Notes: generated from the letters alone by a model not told the origin. Positions 1 to 11,620 are shown, counted from the first letter of the whole stretch. The stretch is DNA of 63,572 bases, filler included, from Chiloscyllium plagiosum (GCF_004010195.1; 3 parts of one record of this genome joined end to end with filler, not necessarily neighbours in it); one strand, 5' to 3'. A program made the numbers and translations.

Positions 1-1715
1 GCAAACTTGCTTACCCAACCTTCTAACCCCTCTTCCATGTCATTTATAAAAATGACAAACAGCAATGGTCCCAAAACAGATCCTTGCGGAACACCGCTAG
101 TGACGGCACTCCATGAAGAAACTTTGCCATCAACTACTACCCTCTGTCTTCTTCCATCCAGCCAATTCCTAATCCAAACCTCCAACTCACCCTCTATGCC
201 ATATCTCCGTATTTTCTGCAGTGGCCTACCATGGGGAACCTTATCAAACGCCTTACTAAAATCCATATATACCACATCTACCGCTTTCCCCTCATCAACC
301 TCCTTCGTCACCTTTTCAAAGAATTCAATAAGGTTTGTGAGGCACGACCTGCCCTTCACAAAACCATGCTGACTATCCTTGATCACATTATTCCTATCCA
401 GATGTGCATAAATCCTATCCCTTACAATTCTCTCTAAGACTTTGCCCACAACGGAAGTGAGACTCACCGGCCTATAGTTACTAGGGTTATCCCTACTCCC
501 CTTTTTGAACAAGGGAACCTCATTTGCTATCCTCCAGTCTTCTGGCACTACTCCTGTAGACAAAGAGGACATAAAAATCAAGGCCAATGGCTCTGCAATC
601 TCCTCCCTTGCTTCCCAGAGAATCCTAGGATAAATGCCATCAGGCCCATGGGACTTATCTATTTTCACCTTTTCCAGGATTTCCAACACCTCTTCTCTAC
701 ATACCTCAAAGCCATCCATTCTACTTATTTGTGCCTCAGTATTCTCATCGACAATGCCCTGTTCCTGAGTGAATACTGAAGAAAAGTATTCATTCAGTGT
801 CTCCCCAATCTCTTCCGCCTCCACACGCAACTTCCCACTACTATCCTTGACTGGACCTATTCCTACCCTAGTCATTCTTTTATTCCTAACATACCTATAG
901 AAAGCCTTAGGGTTTTCCCTAATCCTACCGACTAAGGACCTTTCATGTCCCCTCCTTGCTGCTCTTAGCTCTCTCTTCAGGTCCTTCCTGGCTACCCTAT
1001 AACTCTCAATCGCCCCAATTGAACCTTCACGTCTCATCTTGAGATAGGCTGCCCTCTTCCATTTAACAAGGGATTCCAATTCCTTATTAAACCACGGTTC
1101 CCTCGCACGACCCTTTCCTCCCTTCCTGACAGGTACATAATTATCAAGGACACTCAATATTTGCTCCTTGAACAAGCTCCACATATCATTTACACTCTTG
1201 CCTTGGAGTCTACTTTTCCAAGCCACATATCCTAAGTCATGCCTCACCGCATCATACTTTCCCTTACCCCAGCTATAATTCTTGCCCTGTAGTACACACT
1301 TATCCCTCTCCATCACGAGTGTAAAAATCACCGAATTATGGTCACTATCCCCAAAGTGCTCACCTACCTCTAATTCTAACACCTGGCCTGGTTCGTTACC
1401 CAGAACCAAATCCAGTATGGCCTCACCTCTTGTTGGCCTGTCTACATATTGTGTCAGGAAACTCTCCTGCACACATTGAACAATCACTGACCCATCTAAC
1501 GAACTTGAGCTATAGCTTTCCCAATCAATATCAGGAAAGTTAAAGTCCCCCATAACAACCACCCTATTACTGTCACTCATCTCCTGAATCACCTTCCCTA
1601 TCCTTTCTTCAATGATTCTAGGACTATTAGGAGGCCTGTAAAAGACTCCTATCAGGGTGACCTCACCTTTCCTATTCCTAACCTCAGCCCAAACTACCTC
1701 AGATGGCAAGTCCTC
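1..1715 (-). mobile_element. Young 5'-truncated CR1-clade LINE; ORF2 (C-terminal APE endonuclease plus RT) open to the window edge
   Basis: Hand translation from 1715 to 1 has no stop: [115 protein letters not shown]. Confidence 0.96.
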
Positions 1716-1719
1716 ACCT

Positions 1720-2030
1720 TTGCGTGCAGGGACGGACATAGTACTGGGAGGATGGAGCGTGGCTTGGAGGGCACCTTGGAAATGCTGGTGCCCCCATGCA
1801 CCTGGAGCTCCTGTCCTTTCAGGGAATAGTGGTTCTGGGTTTGTGAAGGGCTGCTGAAAGAGCATTCCTGAGTGACCTCAGAGCTGCTTGTAGATCTTTT
1901 ATTCCTTCATTCATTCATGAACTTGAGCTTTGTTGGCTGAGCCAACATTTATTGTTGATTTCGAGTTGTCCCTGAGAAGGTGGTGGTGAGCTGCCTTCCT
2001 GAGCCACTGCACCAGCCGTTGGAGCTGTTG
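1720..2030 (-). mobile_element. Decayed 3'-end fragments of LINE family B (CR1/L2 group)
   Basis: TTCATTCATG..CATTTATTG..GAGAAGGTGGTGGTGAGCTGCCTTC tail motif, which recurs at 17575-17660, 21945-22020 and 35930-35990. Confidence 0.55.
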
Positions 2031-2829
2031 ATATCTGTGTACCCTCCAGCAGGCGCTACAACACTCCTCACGTCTGTAACTGTATACAGACAATGCAACT
2101 CACCCTTTCATATCTGACATCCTCTCTGCCATATAAATCTGACAGTTGCTCGCAATATCTCACCTCCTCCATTCCCATCTGTGCTAGAGATCACTAAAAT
2201 TTATTTCTTCTTGTTTAAACCTCTCCCTTTTTAAAATTTGTAACCCCTTCAGTTTTGTTACTCTCCATATAACTGCAATTAATGATAGCACAGGTTCGCT
2301 TCCTAAATTTCTAATTACAATGGTTGCCTGTGATACATTGGCAATTTTCTTCCTCCTTATCCATCTCAGGGCATCCAGCCCATACAATCCCACTATTTGG
2401 AATGCTCCCATTCTCTGCACTTCCTCATGTTCTGGGGGTCCTTGAAAACCACCAGTGCCCCAAATGTTTATATTCCCCCCGTTACTGCAAGTCTTCTGAC
2501 TCTGTCACATCCAACAGTCTCCACTATCATACAACACTTGCTGGCTGTCAATTTGCATTTGTTGAAGTCCACACATCTCTGTAAGCAGCTCAGAAAAGGT
2601 CCTTTAGACTCTACAAAGCTCCATCATGAACAAGCCACCATCTCTCTATTCCCTTTGCCTTCTTCAACGTCTGAAACTCTCACTGCATCTTCCAGTAACG
2701 TTCTTGAGTTGATGCAGGTCTGCCTAGCTCCCCAGATAACCTGTTCCATCCCATATTGCTCGCTCAATCACTGTAACACCCTCTGCTCTGTCTAATCTTC
2801 CTCTTTTCCTCTGTCTTCCAGGCACAACA

Positions 2830-5780
2830 GCGATCCTATAAGAGAGCTATGCGGAATGGAATGTTATAAATCTAAGCTGAGGCTTGAGGCCTACCATTGC
2901 GTGGGAGTCACAAAGGCAGGGAACCTGAGAGAGAGCAGCACAGAGCGGGAGAACATTAATCAGCAGCGAGGATCGGGGCCGACTGGGACTTGGAGTTTGA
3001 GAAACAGCAGAGCAGGAGGCTCGAAATCAGCACCGAGTCACAGAGGGAGTGACCATATGAGGGAGCAACTTGGAGCAGGAGAATGAGGCTAACATACCTG
3101 GGAGTTCAGAGGCAGCAAAGTGGGAGGATGGAAGTCAGCACTGAGGATCGAGGCCGAATTGTGCCTGGGAGTCACAGATATGGTGACCCTGTGAGGGAGC
3201 GGAGTGGAGTGGGAGCTGGATGATTACACATATCTGGGAGTCACGGAAACGGTGACCCTGTGAGGGAGCAGAGTGGAGTGGGAGCTGGGGGATTATACGT
3301 CCCTGGGAGTCACAGAGACGGTGACCTTGTGAGGGAGCAGAGTTGAGTGGGAGCTGGAGGATTACACATCCCTGGGAGTCACAGAGACAGTAAACCTGTG
3401 AGGGAGCAGACTGCAGTGGGAGCTGGAGGATTACACGTCCCTGGGAATCACAGAGAGGGTGACCCTGTGAGGGAGCAGAGTGGAGTGGGAGCTGGAGGAT
3501 TACACATCCCTGTGAGTCACAGAGACGGTGACCATGAGAGAGAGCAGAGTGGATGGGAGCTAGAGGATTACACGTACCTGGGAGTCACAGAGTTAACTTT
3601 CTCCTGATGAGATCTGCCTGCACTGAGTTTGAAAGAAGTGCAAGAGCCATCACAGAAAAGGCTGTAAGTTCATTGGCTGATAAATGCACCGCTATTAGCG
3701 ACTGTCAGTTAATTGCTATAAGTTAGCAATTTTTTTTTTCAACTTCGGAAATAGGGGTTGAACACATTAATAAGAGAGAGAAGTGAAATTGTGAGCCAAT
3801 ATAATAAATTACACTCTGTAAGCCACAGCTGAATAAGGGACTTAGCCATATTGTTATTTCCCGAATGACAACTTCATTCTAAGTAATTAATTATGTTACT
3901 CTAGACATGGCATGACATGTTTGTCAGATGGAAAATGTGTTCTGTTACATTGGGAAGTCATAGCCCCTGCTCCTGTCCTCGATGGGCACTTGGTCATGGA
4001 GCTCAGACAGGGACGAGATACTCTATGGGACGTCTGTGATGCTGAGAGTTAGTGGTATAGCATACATACAGAGGACACCAGCCTGCCGTTATGACGACCT
4101 GGAAGACGGAAGGGAATGGGGGATTAGGCAATTGAAAAGAAACAGTCAGGGAATAAAAGAATATCCTGATATCAGCCTCCCAATTCAGTTTCCCAGTTTG
4201 GAAGGTGATGCAGGTGCGTGCTGCTCAGGGAGGGCAGTCAGAGACATGTTTGTGGCACCACAAAAACGCTGACTGTACAGGAGGGGAGGGAGAAGGAAGG
4301 AGTAGCAATAGTCACAAGAGAGTCAGGAAAGTGAAGAAGATGTCAGTGTTTCTGTAATTCCAGGACAGTGGGGTTAGGAATGTCACTGTGTCTGCAGGCC
4401 ATTCGTTTGGGGTACAGTGAGCAGTCAAAGGTCATGTCCATGTTGGTAGGAATGACCTGGGTAGGAAGGGTGGAGTGGTCTGGGAGTCAGAATTTAGGGA
4501 GCTTGGGAGATGGTTAGAAAGCGGGACCTCAAATGTAGAAATCCTTGGAATACTCCTCGTGCAGTGTCCAAGTGAGAATAGACCTCAGAGTTTTAGGTAG
4601 ATGAAAGTGTGACTGGAGCGATGGTGCAGCAGAAAGGGCTTCAGCTTCCTGGGACATTGGGACTGGGTCTGGGGAAGGCTGCAACTGTACAAGCTGGATG
4701 GGCTAACATGACAGAGCTGGGACTGAGTTTCTTACCGGGTGTTTGGGAGGGATTGAAAATAACTTGGTGTGTGCTTAGGATCCAAAAAGGAATAGTGGAG
4801 GAGACTACCAGGATTCTCAAAATAATGGGCGATACAGTTGGTACTAATTTACAACCACAAGTTTAACAGTGGAAGATGGAGTAAGAAAGATATGAATACT
4901 TGGAGTGTGCGGAGTTACAGATGCAGATTGCTGTGTGGAAATCTGATGGACTGATCACCGAGAGCTGGCTCAAGGATGTCAGGACTGGGTGTTAAATATT
5001 GATGGGTATAAAGGATTCCAAAATGATAGAAGGGAATGGAAAGAATGAAGGTAGAAGTATTGATTTAGTTTAGCGTTAGTTAAGGAGTCCAAGAGAAAGA
5101 AGGTTGTTCAAGGACAGAATTAATTTGGCTGGAGCTACAGAACAAAAAATAAACTGTGAGGTACAGTCTGTCGGCCAGAAACTATTGGAAAGGATGGAGA
5201 GAATTAATAGGCAGGGTCATTTCAGAGCGATGATAATACTACAGATTGGTTATACGGAGAAAATTAATTTATCCAGATATATACAGGGTTGCTGGTGGTG
5301 CAGATCATGAGGGGCCAGTATCCCTGGATTATATGGAGGAGAGCTCACTGCAGGAGTATGTGTCCAGCCCAAGAGAGCAAGTACAGTTGGATCTGTTCTT
5401 TGGGAAAGAGGTGGGGCAAGTGGATCCAGTGTCGGAATGGGATGGTTTTGGGGCGCATTTTATTGTAAAGTTCAAGATGATGGTAGAGAATGATATGCAA
5501 TAATTGAGAGTGAGAAACATTAGTTGATCGAGAGCAGCCTTCAATGGGGCAACGATGAAGCTGGGTACTTTTCAACAAGGCCAGTGAAATGGTAGCTTTA
5601 AATGGTGTGAACCAGGTCAGATGGAGCTGGGATTATGGAGATGGGGCTGCAGTGTGACCATGACTGAGAACTGGATAATCAAAGGTTTTCCCAATTTCTA
5701 CAGGAAGGATAAATAGGCCAACACAGTGAAGTAGCATTGTGTATAAATGATGGGATCAGTATTATTGTGATGATCGTCAA
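2830..5780 (+). mobile_element. Heavily decayed CR1 5' part: repeat-bearing 5'UTR, ORF1 (esterase-like) and endonuclease remnants
   Basis: 4300-4760 resembles the ORF1 esterase region seen more clearly at 34730-35220 and 50597-51118; 4900-5500 carries EN-like remnants (LQEYVSSPRE..LDLFFGKEVGQV); many stops and frameshifts. Confidence 0.6.
3165..3592 (+). repeat. 69-bp minisatellite, about 6 copies, with degenerate precursor units from about 2900
   Basis: Unit start CTGGGAGTCAC (or a 1-nt variant) recurs at 3165, 3234, 3303, 3372, 3441, 3510 and 3578. Confidence 0.95.
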
Positions 5781-6850
5781 TTGACACACTGCTCCTACCC
5801 TGTCCTTACCCATCAGCCCTGCGTATTGATCCTATCAGATGTTGGTAACCTTTGAAAACATCAGAAAATAGCACAGTATAGAGGAGATCACCCTGTCCAC
5901 TGTCTATATTGGACAAGATGTAACGTTGTTTGTTAAAGCCATAGTTCTGTCTACTCGGACAGTGTAGGACTTCAGGTGCAGAACCCGGCAGCTTTTTAAA
6001 ATGGTTTGAGAGTTTCTGCCTCTACCCCGCTTCCATGTGTGACTCTCAGATCCCGACAATACTCTGGGTGAAATAACAACTTTCCTCACCACTACTTTAA
6101 TCTTTCAAACATTACATTAAATATTCACCGCTGGTAACTGAACTCTCCAACAGGAACAAGGTATTCTCTCCCTTTCTACCCAGGACCCTGACAATATGTG
6201 CACCCCAATCAAATCTCCTCTCAGCATCCTCCTTTCCAATCTTTCCCCATAACTGCACTTCCACTGTCACAGGGTGAAGAAACTCCTCTGTACCCTCTCC
6301 AGTCCAATTCCATCCTTCCATGTACCAAACTGCACACAGAGCTGTGACTGAACTCATTATTTACACAGTCCGTGCATAGGTTCCCTGCTCTGAAATTCTG
6401 CACTTTGGCAGATACAGGAAATGGTGCCATTTGCTCCATTAAAGAGATTATTAGTGTTTCCAGCTACCTTCGTTTATCTGCCCACACTGACCATTCTCTC
6501 ATTTATTGTCCATTCCTCACTATTGTTGATGTCCCTAAATGCCTTGCCTTGGGTTGTTTGCTCCATTCTCCTGGATCCTTCAGTTTCTGTTTTTAAAACA
6601 GCCTGCCATGGAATCTCTCGTCAAATCCTAGTAAGTCACATGCAGTTACAGGTTACTGCTTCAAACCGACACAGTCAGATTAATTACACACGATCTTCCT
6701 TGCACAAATCCATACCGACTATCCTGGAGCCCCTGGGACTTCCTCAGTGACCGTTTATCCACTGTCTCAGAATTCCAGCAGCGACCTATTCAGTCAGTCC
6801 CTTGCTCCACATTAAACAAAGTTGCAGTGTTAGCCGTTCTCCCAATCTTT
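5780..6850 (-). mobile_element. Decayed CR1 3' half (RT and tail)
   Basis: Similar to the antisense CR1 3' ends at 47050-47700 and 62400-63000. Confidence 0.6.
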
Positions 6851-7174
6851 CACATTTCATCCCTATTTTGGTTCAGACAGACAGAGGCCTAAACCATTTA
6901 TGATTTGGTCAAGTCTCATTTTAGTCGGGTTTCGTGGAGGGTTTCTTTCCACAAGGTGAAGTGCATTTTCTCATGATACCATCCCCAATCTGCCTCATTA
7001 ACTACCCTCCCAGGCCGCGTGGTCTTCCTCTCATCTGACAATAACGCGATGATTTTACCCTTTGTCATAACAACTGCCCTCGGCCTGGATATCCCAGAAT
7101 GGCGTCCCTCTTCCAGGAGCCATCTTTAAAAAGTCATTATACTCTTGGATTGTCAAGTCGAAACTGGCCTGGAA

Positions 7175-7410
7175 ATTGCAGAGGGGATAAAACTGGGGCT
7201 CCACTTTGTGGACAAGCCCCTGAGGTTCTGGTTGATGGCATGGTGCAGGAGAGGGACATTACCTTCCTCCAGGACTGGCAGGGGAGGCCATGGCACCTGG
7301 CCCTGCCAGCTTTATTCGAGGCTGACCCCTGTATCATTGAGGTTCCAGCCTTCTGGGTGAATGCCCAGCAGTGTAGGAAGGAAATCAGTGACCTTCTCAA
7401 CTCCACTAGG
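7175..7410 (+). pseudogene. Myb/SANT-like DNA-binding domain (Harbinger-associated, NAIF1/MSANTD-like), exon 1, frameshifted
   Basis: IAEGIKLGLHFVDKPL / (frameshift) EVLVDGMVQERDITFLQDWQGRPWHLALPALFE..NAQQCRKEISDLLNSTR, ending at donor AGG|GTAAGT (7410/7411); matches the F..LEVLVD.V..R..LF...QCRKK..DL pattern; probable start ATG decayed to ATT. Confidence 0.7.
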
Positions 7411-7717
7411 GTAAGTGCCACCATCTGCACTTTGTGACCTTGCCGCGCCCCCCGCCCCCCCTCTCTCTCTCTCTCTCTTTTACTGCACCCACCTCCCACC
7501 AAGTCTCATGTTCTCCCACTCTCACTGAATGCAGCACCTTCTCTAGGTCTCTCTCTAACTTCTTCCCTGTGCTTCTCTCCAACTCTGCCTAGTGTCTGTG
7601 CTGCCTACTCCATCACTCAGGACACCTCGCTACCTTTCCCCCAGCTGTCCCAGCAGTAACAACTTAATCAATTACTTTTGTCTCCCTTAATACCTCTTGC
7701 TAATTTTCACATATTAG

Positions 7718-7805
7718 AAGGAACCATCCCACACGAGAGTAGAATGAGCCAAGAGGGATAGGGGTCTCCTCGATATTCATGTCCTCACCCCCTCACAGGG
7801 GAGGG
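7718..7805 (+). pseudogene. Myb/SANT-like gene exon 2 relic
   Basis: Branch-like CTAAT (7700), acceptor TAG (7715-7717), then in phase KEPSHTRVE*AKRDRGLLDIHVLTPSQGR, similar to the HNR.ER.KTGGG..DI..LTP.EER motif that follows this domain; stop TGA at 7745. Confidence 0.6.
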
Positions 7806-7832
7806 ATCCTGACCCGAACAACCACGAGAAGC

Positions 7833-7976
7833 TGACTGACCGTGTCCAAGCTCCTGGACTGGGATCTGAGACTCCCCCTGACTCACTGCGCTGGGCACCG
7901 TGACTGACCGTGTCCAAGCTACCGGACTGGGATCTGAGATTCCCCCTGACTCACTGTGCTGGGCACCGTGACTGAC
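7833..7976 (+). repeat. 68-bp tandem duplication
   Basis: TGACTGAC unit starts at 7833, 7901 and 7969; first two continue CGTGTCCAAGCT. Confidence 0.9.
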
Positions 7977-7986
7977 TGTGGACAAT

Positions 7987-8912
7987 GATATTAAGCTTCC
8001 TGCTTTTGTGTCTCTGTTAAACAACAAGACACTACAGCAGACGGGTGAGCCTGGTAGTTCTGACTGAGGGGAAACGCTGTTGAGGGCAGGGTAAGGCAAA
8101 GCAATAATTCGGTGAGCATTCAAGTCAGCTCAAAGTGAGTGAGCACAGACACACAGTGAGCAACTCAGAGGGACAGACCATGAGCTGAGTGTTTTTTCCC
8201 TGAGCACAGTGTCCTTGAAGCAGCATTGAGTGTGTACAAACACGGCATGAGCAGCCCAGAGGAACAGGCCATGAGCTGGGTGTGTGTCCCTGAGCACAGT
8301 GTCCTTGCAGCAGCATTGAGTGAGTACAAACACGGCATGAGCAGCCCAGAGGAACAGGCCATGAGCTGGGTGTGTGTCCCTGAGCACAGTGTCCTTGCAG
8401 CAGATATTAAGCTTCCTGCTTTTGTGTCTCTGCTAAACAACAAGACACTACAGCAGGCGGGTGAGTCTGGTAGCTCTGACTGAGGGGAAACGCTGTTGAG
8501 GGCAGGGTAAGGCAAAGCAAAAATTCGGTGAGCATTCAAGTCAGCTCACAGTGAGTGAGTACAGACACACAGTGAGCAACTCAGAGGGACAGACCATGAG
8601 CTGGGTGTGTGTCCCTGGGCACAGTGTCCTTGCAGCAGCATTGAGTGAGTACAAACACGGAGTGAACAGCCCAGGGGTCAGACCATGAGCTGGGTGTGTG
8701 TCCCTGAGCGCACTGTCCTTGCAGCAGCATTGAGTGTGTACAAAGACGGAGCGAGCAACCCAGAGGAACAATCCGTGAGCTGGGTGTGTGATCTTGAGCA
8801 CAGTGAACTTGCAGCAGCATTGAGTGTGTATAAACATGGAGTGAGCAGCCCAGATGGACAAGCCATGAGTTGGGTGTATGTCCCTGAGCACAGTGTCCTT
8901 GCAGCAGCATTG
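7987..8912 (+). repeat. 90-bp minisatellite nested in a roughly 416-bp tandem duplication
   Basis: CAGCATTGAGTG at 8221, 8311, 8636, 8726 and 8816; GATATTAAGCTTCCTGC block at 7987 and 8403. Confidence 0.92.
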
Positions 8913-9568
8913 CAATGAGAGCTGTCAGTGCACCCTGAGCTGCAGCATTGAAGTACAGAAGCGTACTGTCAGTGGGTTGGAGATGTGCTGGGACGGCATG
9001 GTGAGGCTGACATATGTCAGATGACAGCATTGGTGGGTGTGTAGTACATGCAGCTTCGGTCTGTGCAGTGTCACCTGAGTTGCCGGTGTCCAAGACAGAA
9101 GGCCACAGGAGCGAGGGTCATGATGGCGTCACCAGCTACCAGCTCTAACATTCATGTCAAATTCTCCATATTGAGTTTCCCCACAGTGGAATGGAGGACA
9201 TGATCCTGCAAATTAGTGAGGAGAGATCTGCATGAATGTGGCTGCTGTATAGTTATTCAATCAGCAATTGGCCACTATCTTGCTGAAATCTTGTCTTGAA
9301 CTGTACAGCACAGGAACAGGCCCTTCGCCCCCCCCCCCAAGTTGCACTGATACTTGATGCCTTTAGAAGTTATAAAATGTTGTATATCATTATATTCCCT
9401 GCTAACTCATGTACGTGTCAAGATACCTTCATTGCTGTTGTATCTTCTTCTGCAGCCTCCTTTATCAGTGCATTCCGGGCATTTCACATTCTGTCTGGAA
9501 CAGAGAAAAAAAACTTGCTTCTCATAGCTCCTTTAAACGTTCCCCCATTTACCTAAAACTTATGTCTA

Positions 9569-9797
9569 GGAGAAAGTGAGGACTGCAGATGCTGGAGATC
9601 AGAGTTTGAAAGTGTGGTACTGGAAAAACACAGCAGGCCAGGCAGAATCCGAGCAGCAGGATAATCGACGTTTCGGGCATAAGGTCTTCTTCAGGAATCA
9701 TTCCTGAAGAAGACCTTATGCCCGAAACGTCGATTATCCTGCTCCTCCGATGTTGCCTGGCCTGCTGTGCTTTTCCAGCACCACACTTTTCAACTCT
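9569..9797. mobile_element. Palindromic insert of two inverted Penelope-like termini, with a 12-bp flanking direct repeat
   Basis: Inverted arms centred on 9699; CTAAAACTTATG at 9553-9564 and 9796-9807. Confidence 0.88.
9700..9736 (+). ncRNA. Minimal hammerhead ribozyme motif (stem II damaged); exact mirror copy on the minus strand at 9662-9698
   Basis: CTGAAGA-AGACC-TTAT-GCCC-GAAA-C-GTC; PLE termini are known to carry minimal hammerheads. Confidence 0.6.
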
Positions 9798-11490
9798 AAA
9801 ACTTATGCCACCTAGCAATTAATATTTCTACTCTGGGGGAAAAAAAAGTCTCCAACTGTGTATTCCATCCATACCTCTCATAACTTGTAACAGGTTCCAA
9901 TATCTTCCAAACCAGACAACATCCTAGTAAATGTTTTTCAAACCCTCTCGAAACCTCGACATCTTTTTGCTGATCTGGTAATCAGTCCTGCACACAATAT
10001 TTTAAATGATGCCGAAATATAGTTCTATTCAGCTGCAACATGACATGACAATGTTTCCCTGTGTTGCCACTTTCAGGGAACTATGGGCCTGTATGCCCAG
10101 ATCCCTTCAATGTTGAAGCTACTTAGAGGTCTTTCATTTATTGTATATTTCTCTCCTGCAGCAGATTTTCTCAAAGGTATCAACTCGCAATTGCCCACTT
10201 TAAATTACATATGCTTTTCTCCATCCAAGTCTCCAGCTCACGTATATCCTGCTGCATCATCTGCCAATCATCCTGACAATCTGCAACTCCCCCAATCTAT
10301 TCACGCATATCCAGACAGAAAAGAAAAAACATCCTTCCACCACTACTGACTGCTATGGCCAAGCAGTTCTCTGTCTATGTTACTGACTGACCTCTGATCC
10401 TATTTCACCTCACCTTCTGTATGAGCCTGCTATAAGGAACCAAATCAAAGGCGTTGCAGAGGTCCAGATGACCAACATCCTGCCCTATGCCCTCATCAAT
10501 CACTTTTGCCATTTTCTCAAAATATTTAATCACGTTTGCGAGACACATTTTTCCCCACACAAAACCATATTGCCCATCGTGAATAAGTCCATACTTTTCC
10601 AAATGTGGGTCAGTCCTATCACTAAGAATCTCCAATATTTTCCTTACCATTGATATAAGGCTCACCGAACTGAAATTTCTCGAATTATCCATTTTGCCCT
10701 TTTTCAACCAAGGAACAACATTGGCTTTTTTCCAGTTCTCTGGAACCTCTGCTCTCTGAAGAGCAAACAAAGTGTGCGCACAAGGACTCAGCAATTTACT
10801 CCCTCGATCCCCTCAGTATTCTGGGATTAATCCCATCATTTCCTGGAGACTTGTCGACCTTCATATTTTTCAAAAAACCCAACACAGCCTCCATTTTCAA
10901 TATCAAAATGACATCGGGTATCAGCATTTCCATCTCTTGACTCACCACCCACCATGTCCTCCTCCTTAATGAATACCAATACAAAGTATTTATTAAAACT
11001 TAACTCCCTTCCTCCAGCTCCACGCATTAATTCCCTCCTTTGTCCTTGATTGGGCATACTCTTTCCTTGGCTACTCTGTTCCTCGTGATAAACTGCTTTG
11101 GCATTTTCCTTAATCCTGTTTGAAAAGACATTGCATCGTGCTTTTTCATCCTCCCAACTCTTTTTCTTTACGTTTTACCTGTCTTTTATCATGTTTTTCG
11201 AGGCTTCTGTGTGTCTTCAGTTCCCAAACTCTTAGATGTGCTTCCTTTTCCTTTTCGACTGAACTGACGATTTCTCTTGTCATTAAACTTTTCCAAATCT
11301 TGCCACCCTTACCACCCTGTCTCCATGACCAGATCTTACATCTTTGAATATAGTAACATTGAGAAAGGTCTGATGGGCTTCTCAGACAATTCTCCCAGAT
11401 TCATCACAATAGCCCACATTGTTGGTATCCTTTAAGCTTTAATTGAAACTCAGAGCCATATACAATCCTTTGACAGTTTCTATTGCTTGC

Positions 11491-11526
11491 CTTTTATATT
11501 CCTAATTTTACTTTTCCTTCTCTGGT
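11491..11526 (-). CDS. Candidate 36-nt micro-exon (xQRRKSKIRNIK), unverified
   Basis: Acceptor TTTCTTTTCAG|, GC-type donor AAG|GCAAGC, frame-preserving length, lies in sequence not recognised as a TE. Confidence 0.2.
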
Positions 11527-11620
11527 CTGAAAAGAAATCTGCTAAAGATGACTTGATATTTCTTGACAGCATCATTCACAAACAACTGTTTGCTTTCTAA
11601 TTGCGTTTAGATCTCACCCC

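Larger units (their letters stand above)
6880..9290 (+). mobile_element. Possible non-autonomous PIF/Harbinger-derived element containing the Myb/SANT relic
   Basis: Non-LINE block bounded by CR1 fragments and containing the Myb/SANT exons; only a weak inverted match between ATCTGCCTCATTAA (about 6988) and ATTAGTGAGGAGAGAT (about 9212); no transposase seen. Confidence 0.35.
9295..11335 (-). mobile_element. Decayed CR1 LINE (RT to 3' tail), interrupted by a PLE hairpin
   Basis: ORFs 10405-10794 (VPENWKKANVVP..QYGFV..DLCNAFDLVP) and 10796-10984 (DKSPGNDGINPRIL); tail GTACAGCACAGGAACAGGCCCTTCG at 9303. Confidence 0.9.

Noticed and set aside
7..437. Plus-strand ORFs of 121 and 68 aa (also 42942-43309 and 48159-48344)
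   Set aside because: Antisense shadows of the CR1 RT on the opposite strand.
8125..9093. Cys/His-rich repeated ORFs that could look like zinc-finger or keratin-associated proteins
   Set aside because: Open in several frames on both strands because the 90-bp unit is a multiple of 3; no C2H2 spacing or TGEKP linkers.
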